Below are positions 59,213 through 64,000 of a DNA stretch of 64,000 nucleotides, one piece after another (the first letter of the stretch is position 1; each line of letters starts with the position of its first letter). Source of the stretch: Macrostomum hystrix (Eukaryota; Animalia; Platyhelminthes); the NCBI GenBank assembly GCA_950097015.1, contig CATNEN010000031.1:248001-312000 (forward strand). Reading direction: 5' to 3'. The translations under genes were made by a program, and so were the position numbers. The notes below the pieces were generated by a model. The model saw only the letters and a list, made by a program, of their open reading frames with translations, was not told where the DNA came from and did no database searches.

Positions 59213-62175
59213 TGCTGAGGAAATAATGAATTGGGATTCCTGAACAATTGGTGGGGATCTGAGAAGATTATGGACCAGGGATTACTAAACAATTCTTGTG
59301 GATCTCAGGAAATGATGGACTAGGGATTACTAAACAATTCTTGTGGATCTCAGGAAATGATTGGCTAGGGATTCCTGAACAATTGGTGGGGATCTGAGGA
59401 AATGATGGGCTAGGGATTCCTGAACAATTGGTGGGGATCTGAGGAAATGATGGGCTAGGGATTCCTGAACAATTGGTGGGGATCTGAGGAAATGATGGGC
59501 TAGGGATTCCTGAACGATTGGTGGGGATCTGAGGAAATGATGCACTAGGGATTCCTGAACAATTGGTGGGGATCTGAGGAAATGATGGGCTAGGGATTCC
59601 TGAACAATTGGTGGGGATCTGAGGAAATGATGGGCTAGGGATTCCTGAACAATTGGTGGGGATCTGAGGAAATGATGGGCTAGGGATTCCTGAACAATTG
59701 GTGGGGATCTGAGGAAATGATGGGCTAGGGATTCCTGAACAATTGGTGGGGATCTGAGGAAATGATGGGCTAGGGATTCCTGAACAATTGGTGGGGATCT
59801 GAGGAAATGATGGACTAGGGATTCCTGAACAATTGGTGGGGATCTGAGGAAATGATGGACTAGGGATTCCTGAACAATTGGTGGGGATCTGAGGAAATGA
59901 TGGGCTAGGGATTCCTGAACAATTGGTGGGGATCTGAGGAAATGATGGACTAGGGATTCCTGAACAATTGGTGGGGATCTGAGGAAATGATGGACTAGGG
60001 ATTCCTGAACAATTGGTGGGGATCTGAGGAAATGATGGGCTAGGGATTCCTGAACAATTGGTGGGGATCTGAGGAAATGATGGACTAGGGATTCCTGAAC
60101 AATTGGTGGGGATCTGAGGAAATGATGGACTAGGGATTCCTGAACAATTGGTGGGGATCTGAGGAAATGATGGGCTAGGGATTCCTGAACAATTGGTGGG
60201 GATCTGAGGAAATGATTGGCTAGGGATTCCTGAACAATTGGTGGGGATCTGAGGAAATGATGGACTAGGGATTCCTGAACAATTGGTGGGGATCTGAGGA
60301 AATGATGGACTAGGGATTCCTGAACAATTGGTGGGGATCTGAGGAAATGATGGACTAGGGATTCCTGAACAATTGGTGGGGATCTGAGGAAATAATGAAT
60401 TGGGATTCCTGAACAATTGGTGGGGATCTGAGAAGATTATGGACCAGGGATTCCTGAACAATTGGTGGGGATCTGAGAAGATTATGGACCAGGGATTCCT
60501 GAACAATTGGTGGGGATCTGAGGAAATGATGGACTAGGGATTCCTGAACAATTGGTGGGGATCTGAGGAAATAATGAATTGGGATTCCTGAACAATTGGT
60601 GGGGATCTGAGGAAATAATGAATTGGGATTCCTGAACAATTGGTGGGGATCTGAGAAGATTATGGACCAGGGATTCCTGAACAATTGGTGGGGATCTGAG
60701 GAAATGATGGACTAGGGATTCCTGAACAATTGGTGGGGATCTGAGGAAATGATGGACTAGGGATTCCTGAACAATTGGTGGGGATCTGAGGAAATGATGG
60801 ACTAGGGATTCCTGAACAATTGGTGGGGATCTGAGGAAATGATGGGCTAGGGATTCCTGAACAATTGGTGGGGATCTGAGGAAATGATGGACTAGGGATT
60901 CCTGAACAATTGGTGGGGATCTGAGGAAATGATGGACTAGGGATTCCTGAACAATTGGTGGGGATCTGAGGAAATGATGGACTAGGGATTCCTGAACAAT
61001 TGGTGGGGATCTGAGGAAATGATGGACTAGGGATTCCTGAACAATTGGTGGGGATCTGAGGAAATGATGGACTAGGGATTCCTGAACAATTGGTGGGGAT
61101 CTGAGGAAATGATGGACTAGGGATTCCTGAACAATTGGTGGGGATCTGAGGAAATGATGGACTAGGGATTCCTGAACAATTGGTGGGGATCTGAGGAAAT
61201 GATGGACTAGGGATTCCTGAACAATTGGTGGGGATCTGAGGAAATGATGGACTAGGGATTCCTGAACAATTGGTGGGGATCTGAGGAAATGATGGACTAG
61301 GGATTCCTGAACAATTGGTGGGGATCTGAGGAAATGATGGACTAGGGATTCCTGAACAATTGGTGGGGATCTGAGGAAATGATGGACTAGGGATTCCTGA
61401 ACAATTGGTGGGGATCTGAGGAAATGATGGGCTAGGGATTCCTGAACAATTGGTGGGGATCTGAGGAAATGATGGACTAGGGATTCCTGAACAATTGGTG
61501 GGGATCTGAGGAAATGATGGGCTAGGGATTCCTGAACAATTGGTGGGGATCTGAGGAAATGATGGGCTAGGGATTCCTGAACAATTGGTGGGGATCTGAG
61601 GAAATGATGGGCTAGGGATTCCTGAACGATTGGTGGGGATCTGAGGAAATGATGCACTAGGGATTCCTGAACAATTGGTGGGGATCTGAGGAAATGATGG
61701 GCTAGGGATTCCTGAACAATTGGTGGGGATCTGAGGAAATGATGGGCTAGGGATTCCTGAACAATTGGTGGGGATCTGAGGAAATGATGGGCTAGGGATT
61801 CCTGAACAATTGGTGGGGATCTGAGGAAATGATGGGCTAGGGATTCCTGAACAATTGGTGGGGATCTGAGGAAATGATGGGCTAGGGATTCCTGAACAAT
61901 TGGTGGGGATCTGAGGAAATGATGGACTAGGGATTCCTGAACAATTGGTGGGGATCTGAGGAAATGATGGACTAGGGATTCCTGAACAATTGGTGGGGAT
62001 CTGAGGAAATGATGGGCTAGGGATTCCTGAACAATTGGTGGGGATCTGAGGAAATGATGGACTAGGGATTCCTGAACAATTGGTGGGGATCTGAGGAAAT
62101 GATGGACTAGGGATTCCTGAACAATTGGTGGGGATCTGAGGAAATGATGGACTAGGGATTCCTGAACAATTGGTT
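59213..62175. repeat. 45-bp satellite (GGATTCCTGAACAATTGGTGGGGATCTGAGGAAATGATGGACTAG)n
   Basis: About 65 tandem copies with no spacers. Confidence 0.98.
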
Positions 62176-62699
62176 TGAGCTATTAATTGTTTGTTTTTTT
62201 CCATGTTAGCTAACTAGAAGTTTTTTTCTTTAGTTTTCTGTACATTTTATTTAGCAATCTTATTTGCATACTGTTTAGATATTTTCTACTTTCATTTTTA
62301 CTCACAGCCTTTCGCCTTGATTAGGCTAGGCCTCTCATTCTATGGCCAACAATTGTTGCTATCCTTCATGCCAGCAAATTATGTCTGTTGTTTTTCTTCT
62401 ATTAGCTCGTATTTCAGTTTCTTTTTACTTCTAAAAGCAGCAAAGTCAACCGTTGGCCTTTTGAAAAAATATATGCTTTAAGTTCAAGTTCATTCAGAAG
62501 ACGCTTGCGAGTGTGAGCTTTTGCTGTTGCAACAGACTAATTTTTTCAATTGTTCCTGTTTTACTTCATCCTTAGTGGCAGGGCGGCTGTACTTAGGCTA
62601 GACAAGTAAGTAGATTTTCATAAGTCTACTTCTGCCAGTACCTGTGCATCTGTATTCTGTGTGGTTCTGTTTGCATTTGTTTCTCCGCTTTATTCTATA

Positions 62700-63445
62700 T
62701 TACCTGTCTCTTTGTCTGCCCGTATCTTTACCTGTCACTTTGTCTGCCCGTATCTTTACCTGTCACTTTGTCTGCCCGTATCTTTACCTGTCTCTTTGTC
62801 TGCCCGTATCTTTACCTGTCACTTTGTCTGCCCGTATCTTTACCTGTCTCATTGTCTGCCCGTATCTTTACCTGTCTCTTTGTCTGCCCGTATCTTTACC
62901 TGTCTCTTTGTCTGCCCGTATCTTTACCTGTCTCTTTGTCTGCCCGTATCTTTACCTGTCTCATTGTCTGCCCGTATCTTTACCTGTCTCTTTGTCTGCC
63001 CGTATCTTTACCTGTCTCTTTGTCTGCCCGTATCTTTACCTGTCTCTTTGTCTGCCCGTATCTTTACCTGTCTCTTTGTCTGCCCGTATCTTTACCTGTC
63101 ACTTTGTCTGCCCGTATCTTTACCTGTCACTTTGTCTGCCCGTATCTTTACCTGTCACTTTGTCTGCCCGTATCTTTACCTGTCTCTTTGTCTGCCCGTA
63201 TCTTTACCTGTCTCTTTGTCTGCCCGTATCTTTACCTGTCTCATTGTCTGCCCGTATCTTTACCTGTCTCTTTGTCTGCCCGTATCTTTACCTGTCTCTT
63301 TGTCTGCCCGTATCTTTACCTGTCTCTTTGTCTGCCCGTATCTTTACCTGTCACTTTGTCTGCCCGTATCTTTACCTGTCTCTTTGTCTGCCCGGATCTT
63401 TACCTGTCTCTTTGTCTGCCCGTATCTTTACCTGTCACTTTGTCT
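62700..63445. repeat. 28-bp minisatellite (TGTCTGCCCGTATCTTTACCTGTCTCTT)n
   Basis: About 26 tandem copies. Confidence 0.96.
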
Positions 63446-63469
63446 CAGTTTCAAGTCATCCTTCCGTCT

Positions 63470-64000
63470 GTCTCCTACCTGTCTGTCCGTCTCCCAACTG
63501 TCCGTATCTTACCTGTCCGTCTCCTACCTGTCCGTCTCCTACAAGTCCGTCTCCTACCTGTCCGTCTCCTACCTGTCCGTCTCCTACCTGTCCGTCTCCT
63601 AGCTGTCCGTCTCCTAGCTGTCCATCTCCTAGCTATCCGTCTCCTACCTGTATGCCTCCTAGCTGTCCGTCTCCTACCTGTCTGTCTCCTAGCTGTCTGT
63701 CTCCTACCTGTATGCCTCCGAGCTGTCCGTCTCCTACCTGTATGCCTCCTAGCTGTCCGTCTCCTACCTGTCCGTATCTTACCTGTCCGTCTCCTACCTG
63801 TATGCCTCCTAGCTGTCCGTCTCCTACCTGTCCGTATCTTACCTGTCCGTCTCCTACCTGTATGCCTCCTAGCTGTCCGTCTCCTACCTGTCCGTATCTT
63901 ACCTGTCCGTCTCCTACCTGTCCGCATCTAACCTGTCCGTCTCCTACCTGTCCGTCTCCTACCTGCCCATCTCCTGCCAGTCCTTATCTTACCTGTCCGC
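63470..64000. repeat. 15-bp minisatellite (CTGTCCGTCTCCTAC)n, continuing to the window edge
   Basis: Tandem copies with a few variant units. Confidence 0.95.

Noticed and set aside
13860-63931. Long repetitive ORFs (ILRT, SNQNGLLIYLSGGL, SCPDTSES, SLVSHASSEIL, PSFPQIPTNCSGI, ARIFTCLFVC, VRLLP)
   Set aside because: These are stop-free translations of minisatellites, usually open on several frames and both strands, with no gene context.

Overview
Repeat-rich animal genomic DNA with GT-AG introns, many minisatellites and decayed transposons. The gene style and minisatellite load suggest a flatworm such as Macrostomum; this is inference only and was not tested. Host genes: phospholipid scramblase, a TEX52-like gene, a rhodopsin-class peptide GPCR, INCENP, and a same-strand cluster of a Shaker-type Kv channel, SPCS2, NOSIP and PIGU. 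Mobile DNA: a LINE ORF1 running off the left edge, a fresh RNase H LINE, a decayed 2A/PHD (Ingi-like) LINE, TTAA-flanked MITEs, hAT MITEs, Merlin and mariner relics, and tRNA-derived SINE-like pieces. There are also about a dozen minisatellite arrays. Top observations: (1) an AlkB 2OG-Fe(II) dioxygenase domain fused in frame to the N-terminus of a gag-type (zinc-knuckle) LINE ORF1; (2) PIGU has no genomic ATG for its N-terminus but starts at a codon-boundary 3' splice acceptor, as expected if a spliced leader ending in AUG supplies the start codon, inside an operon-like cluster; (3) a LINE insertion flanked by an 884-bp direct duplication that copied most of the scramblase gene. No rRNA, canonical tRNA or CRISPR array was found. 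All translations and coordinates were read by hand.
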